Program-made: the position numbers and the translations under genes
NCBI GenBank assembly: GCA_015232855.1
Contig: JADFYW010000005.1
Location: 19,926 to 83,925 of the forward strand
Length of the DNA stretch: 64,000 nucleotides
Direction of reading: 5' to 3'
Source of the DNA: Fibrobacteria bacterium
Lineage (GTDB): Bacteria; Fibrobacterota; Fibrobacteria; UBA11236; JADFYW01
The notes under the pieces: generated by a model
Databases searched by the model: none
What the model saw: the letters and a program-made list of their open reading frames with translations, nothing else
Told to the model about the DNA's origin: nothing
In this document: piece after piece, positions 53,554 through 63,041 of the stretch
Numbering within the stretch: the first letter of the stretch is position 1
How the letters are laid out: every line of letters starts with the position of its first letter

Positions 53554-54588
53554 TTATGGTGACCAAATACTCAGGCCAATAATAGGAGAATTATTCCCCT
53601 GAAAGATGGTATTAATCTGATAACCAGCATCTATCGCCACATTCAAATAAGAACCCATTGGGAAGGCCAGGCCACCTCCCATAGCAAATACCTTTGCTTT
53701 ATCCTTTTCAAATACATCTTCGGAATACCCCCCACGTAACGCAATTAATTCTTTAACCCAACCTGAACTAAACATGCCAAGAGGATACAACTCCAGCCCC
53801 AGACATAGCCTGTTTTTAATATCTTCATAGGTTTTAAAAAATTCAAAATCAAATGGAGGAGGCAGGTGATACAAACCCGGTTCAATATCTACAGAAATAA
53901 CCGCACCAGAGAGAAACCGGTAAGCCATTCCAACCTTAATAGACAAAGGGACGTATTCCGTATATTTTCCTTCTGCGGTTCCGGCCTCATTTTCAGTATC
54001 CCAGGCAACTGCAGAAAAAGCGTCTTTCATCACCGCTCCAATACATAATTTTTCTTTCCAAAATACGCCTTTTACACCAAAATCAAAACCAGCCAGTCCC
54101 ATCCCCGTACCGGAAACTTTCGTATTTTGCCCACTTTCGGGGTCAAGGAAATCTTCTCCACCACTTCCCGTTGAAGCATAACGTAATTTCCAGCTGGTGC
54201 CAAAACGCAAGAAACCCCAGGCCGTTGAAACTCCAAAGAATAACTCGTTTTCACTGTAAATGGCATCACCATTCTGTATAGCTACAACACCAAATGCCAA
54301 TGGTGTTTTCGAAAATCGGTAACTGGCTGCAGGAAAATTATAAGGTATCAGATCAAAAGCACGTGAATACGCATATCCTCCACTCCATTTAACATCAAAG
54401 AGATCCGCAGGATTATAGAGTAATGCTTCTGTCGCATGAGGATTTGCCGTTTGAGCACCAGCAAGAGCAGCCCCTCTGGGGCCCAGATCCCGGGTAGCAA
54501 AAGCGCCAGGCATACCACTGAGTTCATCTGCCAAACCGTTTATAACAACCAGTAGAACGGTAAGCAATATTAAGGGTAGACGCCCCAT
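53554..54588 (-). CDS. PorV/PorQ-like outer-membrane beta-barrel protein
   Basis: Signal MGRLPLILLTVLLVVINGLA. The segment GAFATRDLGPRGAALAGAQTA...ALLYNPADL resembles the PorV/PorQ N-terminal motif. Strands alternate to the C-terminus. The alternative GTG start at 54624 overlaps the upstream stop (GTGA). Confidence 0.55.
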   Translation of the reverse strand: MGRLPLILLTVLLVVINGLADELSGMPGAFATRDLGPRGAALAGAQTANPHATEALLYNPADLFDVKWSGGYAYSRAFDLIPYNFPAASYRFSKTPLAFGVVAIQNGDAIYSENELFFGVSTAWGFLRFGTSWKLRYASTGSGGEDFLDPESGQNTKVSGTGMGLAGFDFGVKGVFWKEKLCIGAVMKDAFSAVAWDTENEAGTAEGKYTEYVPLSIKVGMAYRFLSGAVISVDIEPGLYHLPPPFDFEFFKTYEDIKNRLCLGLELYPLGMFSSGWVKELIALRGGYSEDVFEKDKAKVFAMGGGLAFPMGSYLNVAIDAGYQINTIFQGNNSPIIGLSIWSP

Positions 54589-54620
54589 TACTATTGGCCT
54601 GTATGTAAGATTTAAATGTA

Positions 54621-57600
54621 TCACTTTAACAATACCACTTGTTTTAAATATGTCTTTACATCTTCTGAATCACTTACGGTTAATTTAAGGACATAGCGTC
54701 CATTTCTGCATAATTTTCCATCGGTTGTTTTACCATCCCAAAGATAGAGCGATTGGTCGCCCAACCGTGTTTCCCGGGAAGCGCCTTCCTCCTGTTTTCG
54801 GGTACCCGCCACAACCGAATCTGATTTTGCAATCACATTTTTATTTGATTTAAAAACCAAGTCTCCACGCATATTATAAACTTCTATCTGTACCCCAATA
54901 AGGCTGGCTTTTCGTGAGCTAACCTCGTATTGCAATTGTAGTGCCCATGGGTCATTTGGCGTAAATGGATTGGGCATTACTTTTAATTGATATGCGCCCA
55001 GGGGACGACTTTCCATCTGAACAGCAAAAGGAGAAAATGTTGTCGCTAAAGCCGTGATAACCGAGTCAGAAGTCATATTTCCTTCTGTTTCCAACTTATC
55101 CCATTGTAAACGTTTTGAGTTCCAGTGACCAACAAAGATTTCCCCATTTCTTGCGCTCGCTTTAACAGGAAGTGATACATATGCCCCACGACTTCTTTTA
55201 AAAGGCTGAGGAGGCGTAAGTTCTATATTAATAATATCGCCAGCGAGTTCAGTTGAAGGAGACACAACGAGTATATCTGATACCTCAGGTTGAGTAAAAT
55301 CTATCCTAACAGCTGATTCAAGCCCATCAAGTGGTATTGCTAAACCAGCCCCCTTACCATTCTGTACCGTTACAGTACTGGAATCACCTGGTTCAACTTG
55401 CAAATAGGTTTTGAGAGGTACCCGAAAACTTAATTCACTCACCGGGTCTCTAATAATTAAGGTATCTGCCCCTGCTACTTCATTATTTGGATAAAAGATC
55501 CCCTGACTAAATTCATCATTAAATGCTGTATCCAAAACAGCTGAATCAGTAAGTGACCATTCAGGAGAAATAATAAACGAAACGTCATCTTTGGTGTACC
55601 CAACAGCGCTGAACTGATACCCTTTAGATGTCCGATTTCGTAGTTCTATTACAGATCCTTCGGTCAATAACATATTTTCGTCTTCAAAGCGCAAAGCTAT
55701 TTTTTCAGCTTCAATATCTTTTACTACCACGCTGATTTCTTTCTGCACCGTGTTTTTATCAACCTTTACCGTACAATACACATGAAAGTTGCCAGGACCA
55801 CCAGCCAATAACGTAACCGTTCTCGGATTTTTGGAAGACTGCTGCAAGGTTGATCCATTACTTTCCAAAGTCACCTTTTCTGACTCGAACGACCAGGTAA
55901 TAGAAATGTCTTCATTTTTTTCAACATTCCTATCAAAATAAACATTTAAATCTCTGCCATTATCGCCAAACAAATTAACATTTGCAATCATTCGTCCTTC
56001 TTTGGCCATAAGGACAGAATCAGCTTCAAGGCTGGCAGGAGCAAAACTGATAGCTTTTAGCACATTTGGATCAAAGACTTTAAACGAACGAGGTGCATTT
56101 GCATTGGTATAAACAGCTAGCTCAGAACTATTATTACTTGATATGATTGCATCCTTTTGTGTTACGCGATAATAATATTGAACTTCTCCTGGTTTTAAGA
56201 AAGCCGGCATTGTAGCAGAATAAGTATAGATACCCTGACTGGATATTACGTCCATACTAAGAGAATCATAAACCGATGCGTCACTGTATTTGTAATACCA
56301 TTTAGCAACAATATTGTTTTTAATTTTATCAACAGAAACACTCTTTTCGATTTCCAACAAGCCACTAAAAGGTTCCCCCATTATCGTATCCTGAAGTTGG
56401 ACTATTCTCCAGGGAAAGGGTATTTGGTCAATCCGTATTTCATCCGTATTTAACGATATTGTATAAGGGAGTAACGGTAACCGTGTTTTTTCCAAGACGG
56501 ATACTGCGATTTCATAATTTCCTTTTTGCATATCAGCAGGGGATTGATATAATCCCGCGATAGCAGTGTCAGCAAACATTTTTAGTTCACCCACATAGAC
56601 TTCTGCCGCAATCGGTGCCGTTCCATCTGAAGTTATTTTCGCTTTGAATTGAGAAGAAGGATAAAACAAGGAATCACTTACTTCTGGAATAGCTGCAGAA
56701 AGTTGAAAAAATGCCTTTAAATCATCATATCCATCCCTCTGTATACTCACACTATAATTATTAGGTATACGGAGCCCGCTGAATAACACGGGGTTATCTT
56801 TTTTAGAAACCACTTCATCCTCTGAAAAATCTGAAACAAGCCGCATTTCAATATTTTCAACGGGTTTTCCTTTTTCAACAACCGTTAATCTTATTTTTCC
56901 ATCAAAGGAAAAAACGGGAACAAGCCTCAGTACCTGAGTACCTGAGCCATAGGTGTCCAATATCACTTTCTGATTCGATAAGGATTCGTAGCCTGCTGCA
57001 GTTATTGAATCAACATTCACAAATGCCCCGGGGGTTGTAGAAAAATCCGCGATATAGACTCCATTACTGTCACTTTCAACGGTATCCACCAATCCTGATT
57101 CTGTGGTAATAAATAATTTTGCATTGACGATATTCAGTTTTTCATTAATCGCACTTACCACAATACCGCTTAAACGATTCCGAATGCGCGAGAGTTTGAA
57201 ATTAACTTCCTGAAACTCTTCTCCAGAAAAAACAAGTGTATCCGTAAACTGCGTAAAGGCCAAATGATTTATATGAATAACATAAGTTCCCGCTTCTATG
57301 CCTTTTAAAAGGTACTGACCAGCAACATCCGACTTCAGTGTTAAAAAATCGTCTCCTTTAATAAAAACCATATCTACTTCTACGCCAGTTCCCGCTTCAT
57401 CAAGAACTATCCCAAACAATCCCGTTTCTTTTGGAGAAAGATTAAAATCAGCTACACCCTCAACTTGATTATTTGTGATTTTTATATGCACATCACCGGT
57501 TAGATTGATAAACCCCTCTTTTTCAGCTTGCACGAGATAGACTCCGTTTCTCAACCCACTAACGACAAAACGCCCTAAACTATCTGTTATTGCCTGGGTA

Positions 57601-60600
57601 ATATTTCCATCAATCTTATTTATTATTGAAATCGAAACTCCAGGAATATGCTGACCATCAGACATAGCACTACCACTTACATCAGCAAGTTTTATGAGTT
57701 TAAGTAATGTAGAAACAGTCTGGTTAAGAGGTAATACAAATGTCGTATCAAAAGAACTCAGTTTCTCTGTCAATGCCTTTATGGTATATGCCGTCTGACT
57801 TTCCAGATTTAAAAAAGCAAAATCTCCAGAGGCATTACAGGAGGTCTGTTCTCTGCTTCCAGATGTATTCAACAAAGAAACCGTCGTGCTTGTAAAATCT
57901 ACCGTTGAATCAGACACGACTCTACCTGATACCGATTGGGTGTAGGCTGTAAGTGTTATATTTTTTTCAAAAGCCTCGTTACCGATTGTTACATATTCAG
58001 CATAATCTTTATATCCTGGCAAAGTAACTTTTAGTAAATATTCTTTTGGCACATCAACACTAAAAAAATAAGTAGCGTCGTCCCTTGTTAACACGGTATC
58101 TTCTACTTTTGTATTGGTATCTTGTAATACAAGTTTAATATTATTACGGCCCTGGTTATTTTTTTGGTTCCTTGACTCATAAACTTTGCCATATACACCT
58201 GCAGATAATTCTTTTAATTCAAATTCTATTGTTTCTTGAGCAGAAAAAGTACCATCAAGATATACTGACCTGCTTACCGTCTCTGAAAAATAATTATTCT
58301 TGGCAACAGATATTTTATAATTAGCGGCAGCCAGCCCTTTTAATACAAAAGATTGCCCCTTTGCATTTTCATAAAATTCACCGTTAATATATATTGAAAA
58401 ATCTGCAACATTAGTATTTATAGTTACCATTGAATTATGCTCATTTATTAATGTGGTGAAAGATTCATCTTCAACACCAGTAATGGTAATGGTCTTAGTC
58501 ACATTATCAAATCCAACAGGGTCCAGAAGGGTTTTCACCGTTAATACGGTCCCAGGTAAGAGGTCATCTAATCCAAACGTGCCACTACCAGACGTGGTAA
58601 CAGTGTCTTTTGTATTTGAATTGATTATCAAGACTTTGGAATTATCGAGTTTCCTGGAATTGGTCAATAAAATATCTGAATAAGAGACCCTGCTCCTTTT
58701 TAGGGCAAAATTAAAACCTGTTGTACTCTCACCAGCTTTAAGCTCTATTTCTTTGCTAACCGGAACAACACCCGCAACAGCTACCGTCACTTTTAGCAAC
58801 GACCCTTTTTCCGCCCTAAGATTGTTTATCCGGTAACTTCCGTCTGTCCCCGGATAACCAGAGCGTGAGGGGTTACCTGCGCCTGAAATCTGTATTCTTG
58901 CATCAGCAGATTTTTCTCCATCCAGAGTAATTTCACCGGAAATACTGGAAGAAAAATCTTCTGCAAGTATATTAAGACTTGTAGATTTTATGATGGTAAT
59001 ATTTTGTTCCACACACTTATATCGAGGAGAAATACAACCGATGCGGTATTGAACACCTACCGGTAAATCTGATATCGTAAACCCACCGTTTGTATTGGTA
59101 GCAGTCTGTATTTCTTCAAAACTGCCACTAAAGGGTATCAATTTCATAGACAAGGCCTTAACCGTAACACCGTCTTGATTTTTAACTATACCATTTACCG
59201 TTCCCTTTTGCTGTTCCACATTTACCCTAAAACTGTGCTTTCCCGAAACCGTTAATACAGAAGACGAAGTAATTGCATATCCCGAATTTGTAATGGTAAG
59301 TTCATAATTGCCCAAAGGAAGTGCAAATTCGAAAGGACTTGCCTCCAACGAAGGATATTCATCCCTTGTATTTTCATTTACCAGATTAAATCTTAAGTGA
59401 GATACATTTACTACTCCTTCTGGTATTAAAGTCACTTCACCAGAAAAAGGAGTTAATTCAAAATTTATCCCTGATAATATTCCACCTTCTATGAGACTTT
59501 TGCCAGAATAAATCTGATCTACTGCATGTTTATCTAAATATACCTTAATCATATATTCACCAGCAGGAAGAGAATCAAAAGAGAATATACCATCTGATGC
59601 GCTAAACGCAGATCGGCTTAACGCCCCAGATTGCACAAATATCTGGACATTTCCAAGTACATCACCATTTGACAAACGGCAATTACCGGAAATTTTTCCC
59701 GTCCAGGGTATTAATTCCAAATCTGCTTTCGAAATTAAATTAGCTGAAATAAAAACATTTTGCTTAGCTTCGTAATAATTATGAGCTGAAGTGGTTAAGG
59801 AATAAAATCCCGCTGCCAATCCATCCAAACGAAAGCGCCCCTGAGCATCAGTTTTTATCATAGGGACTGAAACTCCAATTCTGGATAAAATGATATTGGT
59901 ACCAACTACCGGTTGAGAGGCATTATTCAACACCAATCCAGAAATACCACCCTCATCAATCAGCAAAGTGTCTTTGGCTCCTGAAATTGAAGTACCTACA
60001 TTAAGGGTAATGTTTTTTTCTTTATTAAGATATCCTACTTTCTGCATCGCTAATAAATAATTGCCAGCTACGAGATTAAATCGATATAGCCCTTTTGAAT
60101 CAGAAATGAGAGACTGTGATTCACCGCTATTTTTATCAGTAATGGTAAGACTTACATCCGAAAGCCCACTTCCTGTCTTTGAAGAATAAACCGTGCATGA
60201 ATAGGATATATCCGAAGGATATAACGTTATCCGGGCAAATTGAGTTTCATCCGCAGAAAGTGTATATACGGTTTCGGAAGATGGGATATAATCGACACAT
60301 TCCGCTTTAACACTATAGGCTTTATTTGCACCTATTTCAAATTGAAATTCACCTGCACTTGAAACCGGAGCGGTATTCACTCCGTCAATGCTGGTATATA
60401 TTACCTGACAGTTTTTATTTAAAAGAGGAGATCCCAAAGCATACAACGCTCCGGATATTATACCGGTATTTTTAGTAAGACGAATATCTTTACCTGAATA
60501 TTGAACACCAGGATTTAATCTTAAATTTGTTAAAGTATCAGACAAATAGCCGTCTTTTTTTCCAAAAACAGTATACTCACCGGAAAATAAAGAAATATTA

Positions 60601-63041
60601 AAACGCCCCTGATTATCAGACAAAATCGAGGTAACTTTACCGGTTGTCAATTCTCTGGCATAGACTGTAATAGAAGGTGCTGGCCCGTTTTTCGTATAAA
60701 CAATTCCCCCGATTCTTGCCGCGTTGCCAACACCGGTAAAATTAATATTATACAGAGTATCGTTGCTTCCAATATTCAATTGAGGCGTTTCGGAAAAAGA
60801 ATATCCGGCTAAAAACGCGGTTAAAGTATTGGTACCTTTTTCTACTGATAGTTTATACTTTCCAAGTGCATCAGTAACAACATAATCTCCTGTTTCTACC
60901 ACACGTACCGTCACATTTGAAAGCTTTTGGATACCGGTTGCTGTTTTTTCAGAGACCTGGCCGTTAATAAACGAGGCGTTTTTCTTAACAAGGAAATCAG
61001 CATAAATATCCTGTCCATATTCCAACAACACATTATGTTTGCTCAGAGAAGAGTACCCTTTTTTTATAGCAGTTAGTACCCAGTTCCCGGCAGGTAAACT
61101 CATTAAATAAGCACCGTTTCTATCGGTTGGTTGTAAAATTTCTCTGCTGTCTGAGATAGCTTTTACAATAACATCAGGCTGATATTTCCCATCAGTATCT
61201 TCAACCGTTCCCGATACGGTAGAAGCTCCTGGTTCGAGAGACAATGATTTTTTAATATCAGATATTATTTCGAGGAACATTGTCTTACTTGAAAACCCTG
61301 CTTTTTCAAAAACAAGTTCAATCTGGCCAGATTGTGCATTAAAGGAAAAAGAGCCATCGCCCAGTGTTTGAAAAAATCTATTACTACCATCTTGTTTTGC
61401 TGTTACCGATACATCATAAATATTATCACCAGTATAACTGTTTGAAACATTTCCACTTACTCTATAAGTGAGACTTTTCATAGCAAAATCAATTTTTCCG
61501 ACCTTATTGTCATTACTTACGGTTGCGATACCGGGCTCAGGAGTAGCATATTCCTGGTGCTTGACAGATACTCTCCAGGAACCAAATGGCACTTCAAAAT
61601 TAAAATCTCCTGTGTAACTTGAAAGCTGGTGTTTAGGATCCATATCAGGTTCATTCACACTTGAAATAGATACGAGAGCATTTGTGATGGCACTTCCAGA
61701 GCCTTGTGCTATCACGGTACCATAAACCTTTCCTAGTGTGGGTGATAAAATCATTTTTTGGTCAAAGCTTCCTTTCAGTTCAAACTGAATTGTCTTTGGT
61801 TCAAAACCATCTTTTTCAGCCTTTATTGAATAATTACGAAAAGGCATATGTTCAAACCTGATAAACCCTTGCTCATCAGTTGGGCCTTCTGCTATAAAAG
61901 GATGTCGTAAACCCGGAACACGATCAAAGGATATTTTCGCATAGGGAACAGGTTTTTCGTTATTATCAAATACCCGTATTACGATGGAATTCGCATCAAC
62001 ACTATTATAAAAAGAAAAGGATTCAGAAGCATTCGCCCTGCCTTTGGCATCATACGCATAAACACGCCATGAATAAGGCAACTCGCGTAGTAACCCATTT
62101 GGGTCGTCCAACACCGCTTCGGGATTATTGACATACTTTTGAAGAATAGGAGATGTTGCCTCATTATCAGAAATCACATTTTCTTCAAATAAATCGATTC
62201 GGTAATTTACAGCACCGTTTACTGCAGACCACCTGAAAACAAGCGGCGCATTTGATGTTAAAGTATCATTATTTGGAGGTATGGATAGAACAGGCTTTGG
62301 TGGTACATCCGCTTCATAAGTAAAACTCATCGGAGTAGAAATAACTGTTGAAATAATATTTGCAGAAGGATCGTAATTGTTTAATACCAGCCAGTTGTAG
62401 GTTTTCCCTGACATTAATGGTGGTGGTTTAACACTGCTTCCAAAGTCGGATTTTTCTCCATACCTAATACTTTTGTTTCTGGTGGTTGCCTGCCAGATTG
62501 CATTAAGGTTCTGCAACTTTTCATCTTTGATAAAAAACGGTTGGTCCGAAATTAAAACGGTATAGTAAGGCGCATTACCGGTCCATTTGAATTCAGGAGT
62601 TAAATCACTTAGTTTTGTTTCATTTACTGGGCTTACGAGATCAGGCGCCTTGCTAGATTCCATAACTATTTGAAATTCAGCCGACTTCTTACTTCCACTG
62701 ATGAGAATACAATAATTTATTCCTATTTTCAGATCGGTTTCAAGGTATTCCGATTCAACTTCATTGGCATAAATAAATACTTTTGTTCCAGAAGCTGGCC
62801 ATGGAGGGATATGTACCAGATTGTAATGTTCAATATCAACACCTCCTCCGGGTATTGATGAACTTTTAAGTTGTACGTCTCCACTCCCTCCGGTATATCC
62901 AACTTTTATCGAATCTTTTTGACGATAGAGCCCTAATGGCAATTGGGTCAAAACAATATCCTGAGCAAAGCAATAACTAGACATTAGTACAGTTACAGTA
63001 AGTAGGTATAAGGTTCGGTGTAACAGCATTAATTTCCTCAT
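54621..63041 (-). CDS. 2806-aa secreted surface protein: N-terminal FN3-like modules, more than 15 carboxypeptidase-regulatory-like (CarboxypepD_reg/Cna-B-type) beta-sandwich repeats, FlgD-Ig/T9SS-type C-terminal domain
   Basis: Signal MRKLMLLHRTLYLLTVTVLMSSYCFAQ. Repeats of the type GTVEDTDGKYQPDVIVKAIS...TDRNGAYLMSLPAGNWVLTAIKKGYSS. C-terminal domain MPNPFTPNDPW...IEVYNMRGDLVF...LWDGKTTDGKLCRNGRYVLKLTV. Confidence 0.85.
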   Translation of the reverse strand: MRKLMLLHRTLYLLTVTVLMSSYCFAQDIVLTQLPLGLYRQKDSIKVGYTGGSGDVQLKSSSIPGGGVDIEHYNLVHIPPWPASGTKVFIYANEVESEYLETDLKIGINYCILISGSKKSAEFQIVMESSKAPDLVSPVNETKLSDLTPEFKWTGNAPYYTVLISDQPFFIKDEKLQNLNAIWQATTRNKSIRYGEKSDFGSSVKPPPLMSGKTYNWLVLNNYDPSANIISTVISTPMSFTYEADVPPKPVLSIPPNNDTLTSNAPLVFRWSAVNGAVNYRIDLFEENVISDNEATSPILQKYVNNPEAVLDDPNGLLRELPYSWRVYAYDAKGRANASESFSFYNSVDANSIVIRVFDNNEKPVPYAKISFDRVPGLRHPFIAEGPTDEQGFIRFEHMPFRNYSIKAEKDGFEPKTIQFELKGSFDQKMILSPTLGKVYGTVIAQGSGSAITNALVSISSVNEPDMDPKHQLSSYTGDFNFEVPFGSWRVSVKHQEYATPEPGIATVSNDNKVGKIDFAMKSLTYRVSGNVSNSYTGDNIYDVSVTAKQDGSNRFFQTLGDGSFSFNAQSGQIELVFEKAGFSSKTMFLEIISDIKKSLSLEPGASTVSGTVEDTDGKYQPDVIVKAISDSREILQPTDRNGAYLMSLPAGNWVLTAIKKGYSSLSKHNVLLEYGQDIYADFLVKKNASFINGQVSEKTATGIQKLSNVTVRVVETGDYVVTDALGKYKLSVEKGTNTLTAFLAGYSFSETPQLNIGSNDTLYNINFTGVGNAARIGGIVYTKNGPAPSITVYARELTTGKVTSILSDNQGRFNISLFSGEYTVFGKKDGYLSDTLTNLRLNPGVQYSGKDIRLTKNTGIISGALYALGSPLLNKNCQVIYTSIDGVNTAPVSSAGEFQFEIGANKAYSVKAECVDYIPSSETVYTLSADETQFARITLYPSDISYSCTVYSSKTGSGLSDVSLTITDKNSGESQSLISDSKGLYRFNLVAGNYLLAMQKVGYLNKEKNITLNVGTSISGAKDTLLIDEGGISGLVLNNASQPVVGTNIILSRIGVSVPMIKTDAQGRFRLDGLAAGFYSLTTSAHNYYEAKQNVFISANLISKADLELIPWTGKISGNCRLSNGDVLGNVQIFVQSGALSRSAFSASDGIFSFDSLPAGEYMIKVYLDKHAVDQIYSGKSLIEGGILSGINFELTPFSGEVTLIPEGVVNVSHLRFNLVNENTRDEYPSLEASPFEFALPLGNYELTITNSGYAITSSSVLTVSGKHSFRVNVEQQKGTVNGIVKNQDGVTVKALSMKLIPFSGSFEEIQTATNTNGGFTISDLPVGVQYRIGCISPRYKCVEQNITIIKSTSLNILAEDFSSSISGEITLDGEKSADARIQISGAGNPSRSGYPGTDGSYRINNLRAEKGSLLKVTVAVAGVVPVSKEIELKAGESTTGFNFALKRSRVSYSDILLTNSRKLDNSKVLIINSNTKDTVTTSGSGTFGLDDLLPGTVLTVKTLLDPVGFDNVTKTITITGVEDESFTTLINEHNSMVTINTNVADFSIYINGEFYENAKGQSFVLKGLAAANYKISVAKNNYFSETVSRSVYLDGTFSAQETIEFELKELSAGVYGKVYESRNQKNNQGRNNIKLVLQDTNTKVEDTVLTRDDATYFFSVDVPKEYLLKVTLPGYKDYAEYVTIGNEAFEKNITLTAYTQSVSGRVVSDSTVDFTSTTVSLLNTSGSREQTSCNASGDFAFLNLESQTAYTIKALTEKLSSFDTTFVLPLNQTVSTLLKLIKLADVSGSAMSDGQHIPGVSISIINKIDGNITQAITDSLGRFVVSGLRNGVYLVQAEKEGFINLTGDVHIKITNNQVEGVADFNLSPKETGLFGIVLDEAGTGVEVDMVFIKGDDFLTLKSDVAGQYLLKGIEAGTYVIHINHLAFTQFTDTLVFSGEEFQEVNFKLSRIRNRLSGIVVSAINEKLNIVNAKLFITTESGLVDTVESDSNGVYIADFSTTPGAFVNVDSITAAGYESLSNQKVILDTYGSGTQVLRLVPVFSFDGKIRLTVVEKGKPVENIEMRLVSDFSEDEVVSKKDNPVLFSGLRIPNNYSVSIQRDGYDDLKAFFQLSAAIPEVSDSLFYPSSQFKAKITSDGTAPIAAEVYVGELKMFADTAIAGLYQSPADMQKGNYEIAVSVLEKTRLPLLPYTISLNTDEIRIDQIPFPWRIVQLQDTIMGEPFSGLLEIEKSVSVDKIKNNIVAKWYYKYSDASVYDSLSMDVISSQGIYTYSATMPAFLKPGEVQYYYRVTQKDAIISSNNSSELAVYTNANAPRSFKVFDPNVLKAISFAPASLEADSVLMAKEGRMIANVNLFGDNGRDLNVYFDRNVEKNEDISITWSFESEKVTLESNGSTLQQSSKNPRTVTLLAGGPGNFHVYCTVKVDKNTVQKEISVVVKDIEAEKIALRFEDENMLLTEGSVIELRNRTSKGYQFSAVGYTKDDVSFIISPEWSLTDSAVLDTAFNDEFSQGIFYPNNEVAGADTLIIRDPVSELSFRVPLKTYLQVEPGDSSTVTVQNGKGAGLAIPLDGLESAVRIDFTQPEVSDILVVSPSTELAGDIINIELTPPQPFKRSRGAYVSLPVKASARNGEIFVGHWNSKRLQWDKLETEGNMTSDSVITALATTFSPFAVQMESRPLGAYQLKVMPNPFTPNDPWALQLQYEVSSRKASLIGVQIEVYNMRGDLVFKSNKNVIAKSDSVVAGTRKQEEGASRETRLGDQSLYLWDGKTTDGKLCRNGRYVLKLTVSDSEDVKTYLKQVVLLK

